Below, in pieces: positions 8,915 through 18,300 of a DNA stretch of 64,000 bases. The translations under genes and the position numbers were made by a program. The DNA lies in contig CAWDYW010000001.1 in assembly GCA_963806855.1 (NCBI GenBank), forward strand, positions 896,001-960,000, given 5' to 3'. The first letter of the stretch is position 1. Every line of letters begins with the position of its first letter. The notes below the pieces were generated by a model, which saw nothing but the letters and a program-made list of their open reading frames with translations, ran no database searches and was not told where the DNA came from. Origin of the DNA: an uncultured Verrucomicrobiae bacterium (GTDB taxonomy: Bacteria > Chlamydiota > Chlamydiia > Chlamydiales > Rhabdochlamydiaceae).

Positions 8915-10919
8915 AAAGATTCTGATCACATCGGCACTCCCCTATGCAAATGGCCCCCTTCACTTCGGCCATATCGCCGGAGCTTATCTCCCAGGGGACT
9001 GCTATGCCCGCTTTCAGCGCTTGCAGGGTAACGATGTGCTCTTTCTTTGCGGCTCTGACGAGTATGGCATGCCCATCACCATCAATGCTGAAGCTGCTGG
9101 TCGCACTCCACATGAACATGTCGACATTTATCACGCCATCATCAAAGCTTTTTTCGAAAAACTTGAGATTTCCTTCGATCACTACTCCCGCACCTCATGG
9201 CCTGGCCACGTCGAAACAGTCCAACAGTACTTTAAGGACCTACTCGCAAATGGCCATATCGAAGAGAAAGTGACCGATCAGCTCTATTCAGAAAAAGATG
9301 GTCGCTTCCTCGCCGATCGGTATGTAGTCGGCACCTGCCCCAAATGCGGCTTCACCGAGGCGCGCGGCGACGAATGCCAGCGGTGCGGGGCCAGCTATGA
9401 GGCGACCGACCTCAAAAACCCCCGTTCCAAGATCTCAGGAGCCCCGCTGATCCTCAAGCCGACCAAGCACTGGTTTTTGCGCTTTGACCACTTTAAGGAC
9501 AAGCTGAACGACTGGATCGAGCAAAAGAATTGGAAACCCAACGTCGTCAACTTCGCCAAATCGTACATCAATGAGCTACACCCCCGTGCAATTACCCGCG
9601 ATTCGACCTGGGGTGTCCCGATCCCTCTTCCCGGCACCGAAGGCAAAGTCTTTTACGTTTGGTTCGATGCGCCAATTGGCTACATCTCCGCCACTCGCGA
9701 TTGGGCCGAAAAAACCGGCGACAAACAAGCTTGGAAAAACTATTGGTGCGACCCCAAGACCAAACTCATCCAGTTCGTCGGCAAAGACAACATTCCGTTC
9801 CATGCCGTCTTCTTCCCTGCGATGACCATGGGCCAAAATGCCCCCTACAAACTAGTCGACGAGCTTCCCGCCAATGAATTCCTCAATCTCGAAGGGAGAC
9901 AATTTAGCAAATCGGATAATTGGACCATCGACCTCGAGCGGTTTTTCACCGAATTCACCGCAGACCAGATCCGGTATTTCCTTGCCGCCAATGCGCCCGA
10001 GACCCAAGATTCAGAATTCACCTGGAAAGAGTTTCAGCAGCGGTGCAATGCTGAACTGCTCGGCAAATTTGGAAACCTAGCCAACCGGACCCTCGTCTTT
10101 GCCCAGAAAAATTGCAATGGCAAAGCCCCCAAAATGGACCTCGAGCCCGAAGACCGAGAATTTTTAGACCGAATCAAAGCCCTCGTCGAAGAGATCAAAG
10201 AGGCCTATAGTACCTTCCACCTACGTAAAGCGACCCAACTGATCATGGAGCTCGCCACCCTGGGCAACGTCTATTTCGATGGAAAAAAACCTTGGAAAAG
10301 CCCCACACCTGAAACGACCGTCGGCGCCTGCCTGCAATGCCTCAAAGCGCTCGCCCTCGTCGCTTCGCCGATCATCCCCGCCACCGCCCAAAAATTGTGG
10401 CAAATGCTAGGGCTTACAACAGAATTAGCAACCTTAAACTGGACCCAAATCATGAACGAATCGATCCACCCCGGGACCGTGCTTCCCACCCCAGAGCCTC
10501 TCTTCAAGAAAGTAGAAGATGAGGTGATCGCCAAAGAAGAGGCCCTCCTTCAGGCCAACCTTCCCAAGCCTCAAGCCACCTACTTGCCCCTGAAACCTGA
10601 AATCGTCATCGATCAGTTTAGCAATATCGATCTGCGCGTTGGAGAAGTCCTCGCAGTTGAGCCAGTCCCCAAGAGTAAGAAATTGCTCAAGTTCCTCGTC
10701 GACCTCGGCTTTGAAAAACGGACCATCCTCTCCGGCATTGCCCAACATTACCCTGATCCCCAAGTTCTGCTAGGGAAAAAAGTGGTCGTCGTCGCTAACC
10801 TCAAACCCGCCAAGCTGATGGGCATCGAAAGCCAGGGGATGATCCTCTCGGCCCTCTCAGGCGACCAGCTCGAAATTCTAGAGCTAAAATCGGTAAAGCC
10901 AGGGGACGAAATCCGTTAA
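8907..10919 (+). CDS. metG: methionine--tRNA ligase with C-terminal tRNA-binding domain
   Basis: PYANGPLHFGH, Zn knuckle, FSKS, C-terminal Trbp111-like domain (DLRVG...ESQGMIL). Confidence 0.98.
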   Translation: MSEKILITSALPYANGPLHFGHIAGAYLPGDCYARFQRLQGNDVLFLCGSDEYGMPITINAEAAGRTPHEHVDIYHAIIKAFFEKLEISFDHYSRTSWPGHVETVQQYFKDLLANGHIEEKVTDQLYSEKDGRFLADRYVVGTCPKCGFTEARGDECQRCGASYEATDLKNPRSKISGAPLILKPTKHWFLRFDHFKDKLNDWIEQKNWKPNVVNFAKSYINELHPRAITRDSTWGVPIPLPGTEGKVFYVWFDAPIGYISATRDWAEKTGDKQAWKNYWCDPKTKLIQFVGKDNIPFHAVFFPAMTMGQNAPYKLVDELPANEFLNLEGRQFSKSDNWTIDLERFFTEFTADQIRYFLAANAPETQDSEFTWKEFQQRCNAELLGKFGNLANRTLVFAQKNCNGKAPKMDLEPEDREFLDRIKALVEEIKEAYSTFHLRKATQLIMELATLGNVYFDGKKPWKSPTPETTVGACLQCLKALALVASPIIPATAQKLWQMLGLTTELATLNWTQIMNESIHPGTVLPTPEPLFKKVEDEVIAKEEALLQANLPKPQATYLPLKPEIVIDQFSNIDLRVGEVLAVEPVPKSKKLLKFLVDLGFEKRTILSGIAQHYPDPQVLLGKKVVVVANLKPAKLMGIESQGMILSALSGDQLEILELKSVKPGDEIR

Positions 10920-10933
10920 ACCAATGAGGGTGC

Positions 10934-11344
10934 ATGGCCCATATCTCCTATTCAGAAAATGGGAATAATCCGTTAACACAGCTTTTGGGCCACAATCCCA
11001 TCTTGCTCAAGAACTGGATGACCTTGCTTAACAGTTTTTATGAAAGCTGCAGCTTCGACCCAGCCCTACAGGAAGAAGTGCGCCGGGCAATTGCCTACCA
11101 AATTGGCTGCGCCTACTGCATGTCGCACGGCTGCCCCGCACCAGTGATTACCGATCCGAAAACCAAAACTGCCGTCGACTTCGCCAAAAAAGTCGCTCGA
11201 ACTGAGCAGCAAATTACTCAGCAAGACATCGCAATATTGAAAGGCTATTTCACCGAAAAAGAGATCGCCGAACTCACTGCTTTCATCTGCTATGGTATCG
11301 GGTTGGCACGTTTCGGCGCCGCACTCAACGTCGATGTATATTGA
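10934..11344 (+). CDS. carboxymuconolactone decarboxylase/AhpD-like protein
   Basis: EEVRRAIA..IGCAYC..HG CxxC motif; FTEKEIAEL. Confidence 0.8.
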   Translation: MAHISYSENGNNPLTQLLGHNPILLKNWMTLLNSFYESCSFDPALQEEVRRAIAYQIGCAYCMSHGCPAPVITDPKTKTAVDFAKKVARTEQQITQQDIAILKGYFTEKEIAELTAFICYGIGLARFGAALNVDVY

Positions 11345-11364
11345 AACACCAAGGTGCAAAGAAA

Positions 11365-11748
11365 TCATTTTTTTACTTTGCTTTTTAAGCTAAGAATTCC
11401 AAGAGCAAAGCAAGATAGGCAGAGTCCCCCATCGCGCACTGCATCGTCGTAAATGCCTGCCATGAGAAGATTGATGACAATGAGAAGAAGCCAGAAGGAG
11501 AGAATGAAGGCAAAAACTCTTGAGTAAAAGAGGATGCCTATGCCTAAAAGAATTTCAAAAATGCCGACAGCTTGCATGAATGGCTCGCTATAATTCTTAA
11601 GAATTTCTTTGGCAGTGGGAGAGAGGTAGTGAACCCAATTCATCTCGAGAATGTGAAAAAATTTATCTAAGCCCATCAGAATGGGTACAAAAATAAAAGC
11701 GATTTGTAAAATACGAAAAGCGATGCTGGATACTCTCATAACTTTCAT
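11365..11748 (-). CDS. DoxX-like membrane protein
   Basis: Four hydrophobic segments; PILMGLDKFF, VGIFEI, DxAVRD. Confidence 0.7.
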   Translation of the reverse strand: MKVMRVSSIAFRILQIAFIFVPILMGLDKFFHILEMNWVHYLSPTAKEILKNYSEPFMQAVGIFEILLGIGILFYSRVFAFILSFWLLLIVINLLMAGIYDDAVRDGGLCLSCFALGILSLKSKVKK

Positions 11749-11834
11749 ATAAAAATTACTTTAATTTACTTTCAAGTAGAATAATCAGATGCTGATAAAT
11801 TACACCGATTCTTCAGGTTGTTTCGATATATCTC

Positions 11835-12791
11835 CTATGCGTGCACTTCGAGAATCACTTTCCCTCGGACATGGCCAGATTGAACTAAGCGGTGGGCATT
11901 TGCCGCATCTTTTAGAGGGAAAGTTGCTCCGATATGCACTTTTATTTTACCCTCACTTAGCAGTTTGCCAATTTCAGAAAGCTGATGTGAATTTGGGGCT
12001 ACCACAAGACCTTCACCTCGCACTCCATAGTCAGTAGCTTGTTTAATGCGTTCAAAGTCTACGACTGAGACCACAATGCCGCCCTTTTTAGTAACTTCAA
12101 AAGATTTCAGCAGTATATCGCCGCCTAGTGTGTCAAGGACTACGTCCACATCTTTTACCACTTTTTCAAAAGGTGTACTTGTGTAATCAATCACTTCATC
12201 GACACCTAAACTGCGTAAAAACTCCTTATTTTTAGCAGAAGCAGTGCCGATTACATGCGCGCCTTTCCACTTCGCCAGCTGCACTGCCAGATGTCCTATA
12301 CCACCCGCAGCGGCGTGTATGAGTATTTTTTGTCCGGCAGCGAGATGTGCCACATCAAAAAGCGCTTGCCACGCCGTCAAGCCATTCATGCTTGCAGCAG
12401 CAGCTTGGTTATAGCTGATCGAAGCCGGTTTAAGTGCAGCTTCATTTTCTTTGAGCGCAGTATACAGAGCGTAACAACCGCCGTTACGATAGACACTAGA
12501 GTGGGCAAAAATTGGGCTGCCTTCTTTAAACTTAGAGATATTTGCGCCGATGGCTACCACAATGCCAGATAAGTCCCACCCCAAAATAATCGGAAGAGGG
12601 TAAGATTCTTTATACCAGCCGTCGCGGACATGAAGATCAAAGGGACTGACTCCAGCGCTTTGGACACGCACTAATATTTCGTCAGCTTGTATCGAAGGAA
12701 TAGGCATTTCTTTGTATTGGAGAACTTCCGGACCGCCCCAATCCTCCATAACGATTGCTTTCATAGAGCTGCCTAACTTAGAAACACTCAT
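11835..12791 (-). CDS. NADP-dependent quinone oxidoreductase (MDR family)
   Basis: GGPEVL, GLTAWQAL, HAAAGGIG, GHVRGKVIL. Confidence 0.9.
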   Translation of the reverse strand: MSVSKLGSSMKAIVMEDWGGPEVLQYKEMPIPSIQADEILVRVQSAGVSPFDLHVRDGWYKESYPLPIILGWDLSGIVVAIGANISKFKEGSPIFAHSSVYRNGGCYALYTALKENEAALKPASISYNQAAAASMNGLTAWQALFDVAHLAAGQKILIHAAAGGIGHLAVQLAKWKGAHVIGTASAKNKEFLRSLGVDEVIDYTSTPFEKVVKDVDVVLDTLGGDILLKSFEVTKKGGIVVSVVDFERIKQATDYGVRGEGLVVAPNSHQLSEIGKLLSEGKIKVHIGATFPLKDAANAHRLVQSGHVRGKVILEVHA

Positions 12792-12936
12792 AATTTACCT
12801 CCTCTTGAATCCTCAACATACTACACCCTATAAAAACCGATACAAGCAGTCAAATCAAAAATAATTATGCATTTTTCTGGTTGAGCTTGACAGTATCTTG
12901 GGATTTTGTTTTTCTAATCGTGGAAGGAGAGGGGGA

Positions 12937-13593
12937 ATGGAAACGATTTTGTGCTATGGAGATTCCAATGTACGGGGGACAATCCCAGGCCCTTCCCTCG
13001 ATGATGCGGGACTAATAAAACCCAGATTCTCCAAAGATGAACGATGGACGGGTATTCTCCAAAAAAAGCTGGGCGATGATTACAACGTCGTCGAAGAGGG
13101 GATAGGCGGAAGAACCACAACGCTCGATGACATCGTGCGAGGAAGACCCTATCGTAATGGTCTTAAGGACCTTCCTTTTTGCCTGGAAACACATTATCCG
13201 ATCGATCTTGTTATTTTTCTACTCGGAACTAATGATATGCAGCTTGCATACAATCGTTCAACGCAACAAATTGGGGAGGGAATGAGACAATTGGTTAGGA
13301 TCGTTCACAGTTGCAATAAAGGTCCGGCTATGAAGCCTCCTAAAGTATTAGTCATCTCGCCACAACCCATCATCGACATACCCGATTTGCACCCTCAGTT
13401 CAAAGGCGAAGCTATTGAGAAGTCCAAAGCATTGGCAGAGGTCTATCGACGCATAAGTCAGGAAGAAGGATGCGAGTTCTTAGATGCTGCCCTTCTGATC
13501 ACTTCAAGCAAAATAGATGGAATTCACTTAGACAGGTCATCTTGCCTTGTTCTAGGACAGGCGGTCTACCAAAAAGTGCATCAAATGCATTAG
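12937..13593 (+). CDS. SGNH/GDSL hydrolase
   Basis: CYGDS, EEGIGGRTT, LGTND, DGIH; start ATG 12937 after strong SD. Confidence 0.92.
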   Translation: METILCYGDSNVRGTIPGPSLDDAGLIKPRFSKDERWTGILQKKLGDDYNVVEEGIGGRTTTLDDIVRGRPYRNGLKDLPFCLETHYPIDLVIFLLGTNDMQLAYNRSTQQIGEGMRQLVRIVHSCNKGPAMKPPKVLVISPQPIIDIPDLHPQFKGEAIEKSKALAEVYRRISQEEGCEFLDAALLITSSKIDGIHLDRSSCLVLGQAVYQKVHQMH

Positions 13594-13600
13594 ATTACCC

Positions 13601-14521
13601 TCATTTTTCTACGCTCATCCATTCGAGTGGTCTTGGTAGAAAACCGAGCTCTTCCTTAGCCTTTGCATTTGAGGCGCCGCGCAGCTGCATTGCATAATAG
13701 ACAGAATCTGGGCCGTTGATGCGCAGCTCTTCTTCGACCGTTCTCTTAGGAGGAGAGGGGGCCCCAAGCCATCGCGCATAGGCCGGAAGCCATACCGACA
13801 GTTTTAGAGGAGTATCATTAGTGATATTGTATGCGCCAGGCTTACCATGTAAGGCCAGGGCAACGCCATTTGCGGCATCCCCTACATGCACGAAATTCCA
13901 AATTCCATGTCCCTCTCCAACTATGTGATAACTTTTGCTTCGCACCTGATCGGCCATGTTCCCATCAGGAGCATACCAGGTTCCCGGACCATAGAAAAAA
14001 CCGAAACGTAAAGCGACACCCTCGATATTTTCTGCTTGAAGTACACGTTTTTCAATTTCTGCATATACTTTTACTCCTTCGGCGATCCCAGGAGAAGCAT
14101 TAAATGCAAAAGGAGCCTCTTCATTAGCAAGTCCAGGACCGGGACCATACAAAAAAGCGCTTGATTGAACCATATAACGCTTTGTCCCTACTATTTGGGC
14201 AGCCTTCTGTAGGTTTGCGCCCCCTTCAATACGCAATTTTTTGTTTAGATCTTTCGCCTCTCGCATCGCTTGAGGGGTATAGACTTTAGGCAGAGATGTT
14301 AGCATCTCAATGATGACTTCAGGTTGCACAAATTTTACTGCCTCTAAGATGGACGTCGCGTTAAGTGCATCCGCGATAATAGGTGTCGCACCCAAATCCA
14401 AAATTTGTTGGGCACGTTCTTTAGAACGAGACATTCCAAACACTTCATGGCCATCAGCAAGTAAGCGGGCAACAAGAGGCTGGCCGATAGCTCCGGTTGC
14501 GCCAGCAATAAAAATTCTCAT
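13601..14521 (-). CDS. NAD-dependent epimerase/dehydratase (atypical SDR)
   Basis: MRIFIAGATGAIG Rossmann start at 14521; LRFGFFYGP; FVHVGDAA. Confidence 0.88.
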   Translation of the reverse strand: MRIFIAGATGAIGQPLVARLLADGHEVFGMSRSKERAQQILDLGATPIIADALNATSILEAVKFVQPEVIIEMLTSLPKVYTPQAMREAKDLNKKLRIEGGANLQKAAQIVGTKRYMVQSSAFLYGPGPGLANEEAPFAFNASPGIAEGVKVYAEIEKRVLQAENIEGVALRFGFFYGPGTWYAPDGNMADQVRSKSYHIVGEGHGIWNFVHVGDAANGVALALHGKPGAYNITNDTPLKLSVWLPAYARWLGAPSPPKRTVEEELRINGPDSVYYAMQLRGASNAKAKEELGFLPRPLEWMSVEK

Positions 14522-14696
14522 TTTATTAGGGACGTATCTCTTCATAAGCCAAAAGCCCTGGTTCTCCAGAAAGTCTAAAGTTACATATATGGCATTTGAT
14601 ATAGAAGTCTTTTTTTGCCATGAAGGGTATCCTGCTAACCCAACTGTTATACTGCGGCGGCTTAGGTTTTGGCCATATTTTGCTATAGCTCTTGAA

Positions 14697-14867
14697 ATAT
14701 ACTCCTTCCGGTTCAATCGTACCCATTTGGGCTGAATTGAAAGCTCCCGCGGTTGAATTATTTTGATTGGGTTTGTATTAAATTCAATACTAGCCCAATC
14801 AAAATAAATTCAACCCCGGGGCTTTGAATCAGCCGAAATGGGTACGCTTGAAACGGAAGTACTATAT
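14697..14867. repeat. 171-bp imperfect palindromic element
   Basis: Arms of ~75-80 bp, e.g. CTTCCG-TTCAA-CGTACCCATTT-GGCTGA pairs with TCAGCC-AAATGGGTACG-TTGAA-CGGAAG; ATTTTGATTGGG pairs with CCCAATCAAAAT. Confidence 0.9.
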
Positions 14868-14885
14868 ACCGGTATTAGCAGAGAT

Positions 14886-15070
14886 ATGTTTGAGCAACTC
14901 TTTGGCAGTAAGGTGCTTGAGAAAATCCTATTTTATATGATCGTCAATGAAAAGTGTTTTGCTTCTGAACATTAGAAAGCTCCCGAGAAAAAAGGGTAAA
15001 CCGTTAAGAAACAGGAAATTGATTGGAAGAGTATAGAGACTAAAGAACTTGCCGGTCTGATTTATGACCC
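14886..15070 (+). pseudogene. remnant of a winged-helix protein gene plus the start of a downstream partner gene
   Basis: MFEQLFGSKVLEKILFYMIVNEKCFASE then stop; RKLPRKKGKPL follows in another frame, then IDWKSIETKELAGLIY cut by the palindrome at 15071. Confidence 0.5.
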
Positions 15071-15219
15071 TATCCGCAATGTAGAGGGAAAAATCTGGGG
15101 AATCTTTCGAGCGCTTTTTTTGCTCATCTCCTCGAAAATATTCATGAAATTCCCTCGTCGAAGATCAAAAAAATCTTCTTGAAATCTCCTCCCATCTTTT
15201 TTCCTCTACATTGCGGATA
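15071..15219. repeat. 149-bp imperfect palindromic element
   Basis: Perfect 17-bp terminal inverted repeat TATCCGCAATGTAGAGG / CCTCTACATTGCGGATA, with weaker pairing continuing inward. Confidence 0.88.
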
Positions 15220-15298
15220 CTTTTCCCCCATCAGCATCTCGATGCCAGTGCGTTAAGACTGATCTTGGACTAGGCGTTGCATTCTAAGCCACAGAAGA

Positions 15299-15327
15299 TT
15301 GCCTTAAAAATTTTCGTTTATTATATA
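15299..15327 (+). promoter_or_regulatory. putative sigma66-type promoter of autotransporter 1
   Basis: TTGCCT-17nt-TATATA; identical hexamers and spacing upstream of the paralogue at 48503-48531. Confidence 0.55.
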
Positions 15328-15358
15328 TCGAATACCTACTGATAAACCTAGGATTCAT

Positions 15359-18300
15359 ATGTATTGGAAAAAAACGTTAGCTTCACTCGTCTGTTTGACC
15401 TCGTCTTCGATGCTTTATTCTGATCAAAATGTCACGACTAGTACTCAGTTGCAGAATGCGATTGTTACTTATGCCAATACAGGGGCAGATACAACCATTA
15501 ATTTCACAGCTTCCCCCATTGATTTAACAGTTGCTTTCGGAGCACCAAATCTACGTCCGCTCAATGTGATGAACAACTTTACTCCGACTGCTTTTCCCAT
15601 CACGATTAATGGCAATGGTAACATGCTCAGCAGTGGTGGCTTGGGTACCCCGCATCGAGGTTTTTTTGTCCGTGGAGGGAACGTTACGCTAAATAACATC
15701 GTCTTTAATCAATTGGCAAGTGTAGGGGGGAATGGGGGAAGTTCAGGCGGCGGTGGTGGAGCTGGAATCGGTGGAGCTTTGATTGTCGGAAGTGGATCTA
15801 ATGTGACTGCAGTGAATTGTGTTTTCCAGAACTCGATTGCACAAGGTGGAACTGGTGGTCCTGCTGGAAATGCCGCGATCAATGGTCAAGGTGGTGGCGG
15901 GGGCGGCGGTTTAGTCGGTGCAGGTGGAATTGGTTCTGATTATAGTGCCGCAGGAGGTGGGGGTTTAGATCATAGTGGTGGCAGTGCAACGACCCCCGGG
16001 GCTGATCTTTATAACGGCGGCGGTGGCGGTGGTGTAGGAAATAATGGAGGTGATGAATCTTCTTCTTCAGATCCGAATGCAGGATTCGGTGGCGGTGATT
16101 ATAGCGGAGCAGTTGGTGGCGCCGGGGGCATTTTTGCAGTGACATCACCCCCTAGAGATGGAATCATGGGGCCTCCTGGTGGCGGTGGAGGCGGCGGATA
16201 TCAATGTTGTAGCTCGACATTTGGGTGTTTTTGTGGACCAATTGCTGCTGGGAAAGGTGGCGATGGCAACATTGGGGGTGGAGGCGGCGCCGGAGGTGCG
16301 GGAGATGCCAATACCAGTAGCGGTGGAAAGGGCGGAGACTTTGGAGGAGGAGGAGCGGGGAATAATGGTGCTCCTGGAGGTAAGGGTGGTTTTTGCGGAG
16401 GCGGTGGCTGTGGAGGAGTTAGTTTCACGGGTAGCCTCAATAACCCTGCTGGAGCTGGTGGCGGTAGTGTTTTTGGAGGAGGTGGCGGCGGTGGCGGTGG
16501 TGCCAATACTGGCGGACCTTTTCCTGGTGGCTTAGGTGGTATACACGGTTTTGGAGGTGGGGATGGCTCTCCAGGGGCCGTTAGTGGGCCTGATGTGAGT
16601 GGTTATTATCCTAATGGTGCTGGTGGTGGTGGAGCTGGATTTGGGGGAGCGATCTTTATTCAAACTGGGGGCGCACTGGCTCTTCAAAACAATGTAAGTT
16701 TCACCGGAAATTCAGTGGCAGGTGGTGCCGGAGGTGCTGCATCTGGTGGAGCATCTGCAGGAATGAATGGATCTGGCGCTGGCTCTGATATTTTTATGAT
16801 GTCTGGTTCTAATCTCTCTTTTGATATTTCTAATAACGTCGCTTTGCAAAATCCCATCGAAGGAGATCAAGGTGCTGGAGGAGGGAGTACGTCAGCCGGC
16901 GGCCTTACCAAGAGCGGCCCTGCTCTGCTTCAGTTGTCTGGTGCCAATACTTATACCGGGATTACCAATGTCCAAGCGGGTACGCTCCAAATCGGCACCT
17001 CGGTTGTCACTGATGTTGAAGTGCAATCAGGAGCAACTTTAACCGGCACTTTCTCAATTTTTCCAAATACAGCTGGAACAAATAATGGGAATCTAACCAA
17101 TTCTGGTACAGTTTCTCCAGGAGTCAATCAGTTAGGAGTGATCACCATCAGCGGTAATTTCATCAATAACTCCAATGGAACACTTGCAATTGGCATTACC
17201 CCTAGTGGGACTAATGGCAGCTTGTTTCTCCCTACCGGAACTTCCTTATTAAATGGAGGGATTCTAGAGGTATTCGTCAACTCGGGCGCTTATACCGATG
17301 GGACACAATATACAGTCATTAATTCCCCCACAATAGGGACATTTGCACAGCTTGTCCAAACTGGCCCCATGGCCAATCGGCTCGTCATCGATGTCGCCTA
17401 TAGCAGTGTGGTCTTGACCATCCGCAACAATCCCATTTTTAACCCCGCAGTCATCACATCGAGTGTGGCTCGGGCAGTGGCCAATTGTATCACCAGCGCC
17501 CTTCCCTTTACCGACCCCGATTTTGCTGCAGTGGTCCAGAACATAGGAAGACTTAGCAATAGCCAGATTAATCGAGCTCTAATTGATCTTTCGCCTGTCA
17601 ATTATGGAGCATTGGACTGGATCAATGAACGGAACAATAATTATCTCGCCGATATCTTATCTGAGCGGCTCTTTGAACTCTGTTGCAGCCCACGAGATTG
17701 CTGTAGCTGCGATTGCAACCGTTCGGTTTGGATCGATGTCTTTGTCAATCTGATGAATAATTCTAAGCACTATGACAACTTAAGCCCTTTTGATGCGAAT
17801 GCAGTAGGGGTGGCTACTGGACTTGACTATTGCTTTAATTCTTTTACATTGGGCGCAGCATTTGCCTACACGCACACCTGGCTCAACTGGAAGCATCGTC
17901 ATGGCAATAGCGACATCAATAGCTACTACGGCGCTCTCTATGGTAACTACGAAGGGTGCTGGTTAAATGCCGATATTTCGTTCATTGGGGGCGGTAGCGA
18001 TCACCATTTGAAACGCAAAATCGATATTCGAGGAGCAGATGTATTAACCGGAGCACCGGTAGTCATCGACAGATCGGCTAAGAGCCATCCATGGGGCTAC
18101 TTCTTCACTGGACATCTGGGTCTTAGAACTGATTGGGATTGGTGCTGCACTACTATTGAACCATTTGGACTGATCGATTACAACTACTTCCAGCGCCAGA
18201 GTTTTAAAGAGCATGGAGCAGAAAGTCTCAATTTAAAGGTGAAACAACATACTCAAAACATGCTCCGCGGCGAAGCGGGTCTCAGAGCCTATCGCACTTG

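Noticed and set aside
14522..14726. N-terminal extension of ORF 13601-14716, and ORF 14526-14726, as confident genes
   Set aside because: The Rossmann motif starts at 14521; both upstream starts lie inside the palindrome and the peptides have no recognisable motif
15879..16535. Pro-rich and His/Arg-rich ORFs (also 47471-48476)
   Set aside because: Antisense or alternate-frame shadows of Gly-rich GGN codon runs
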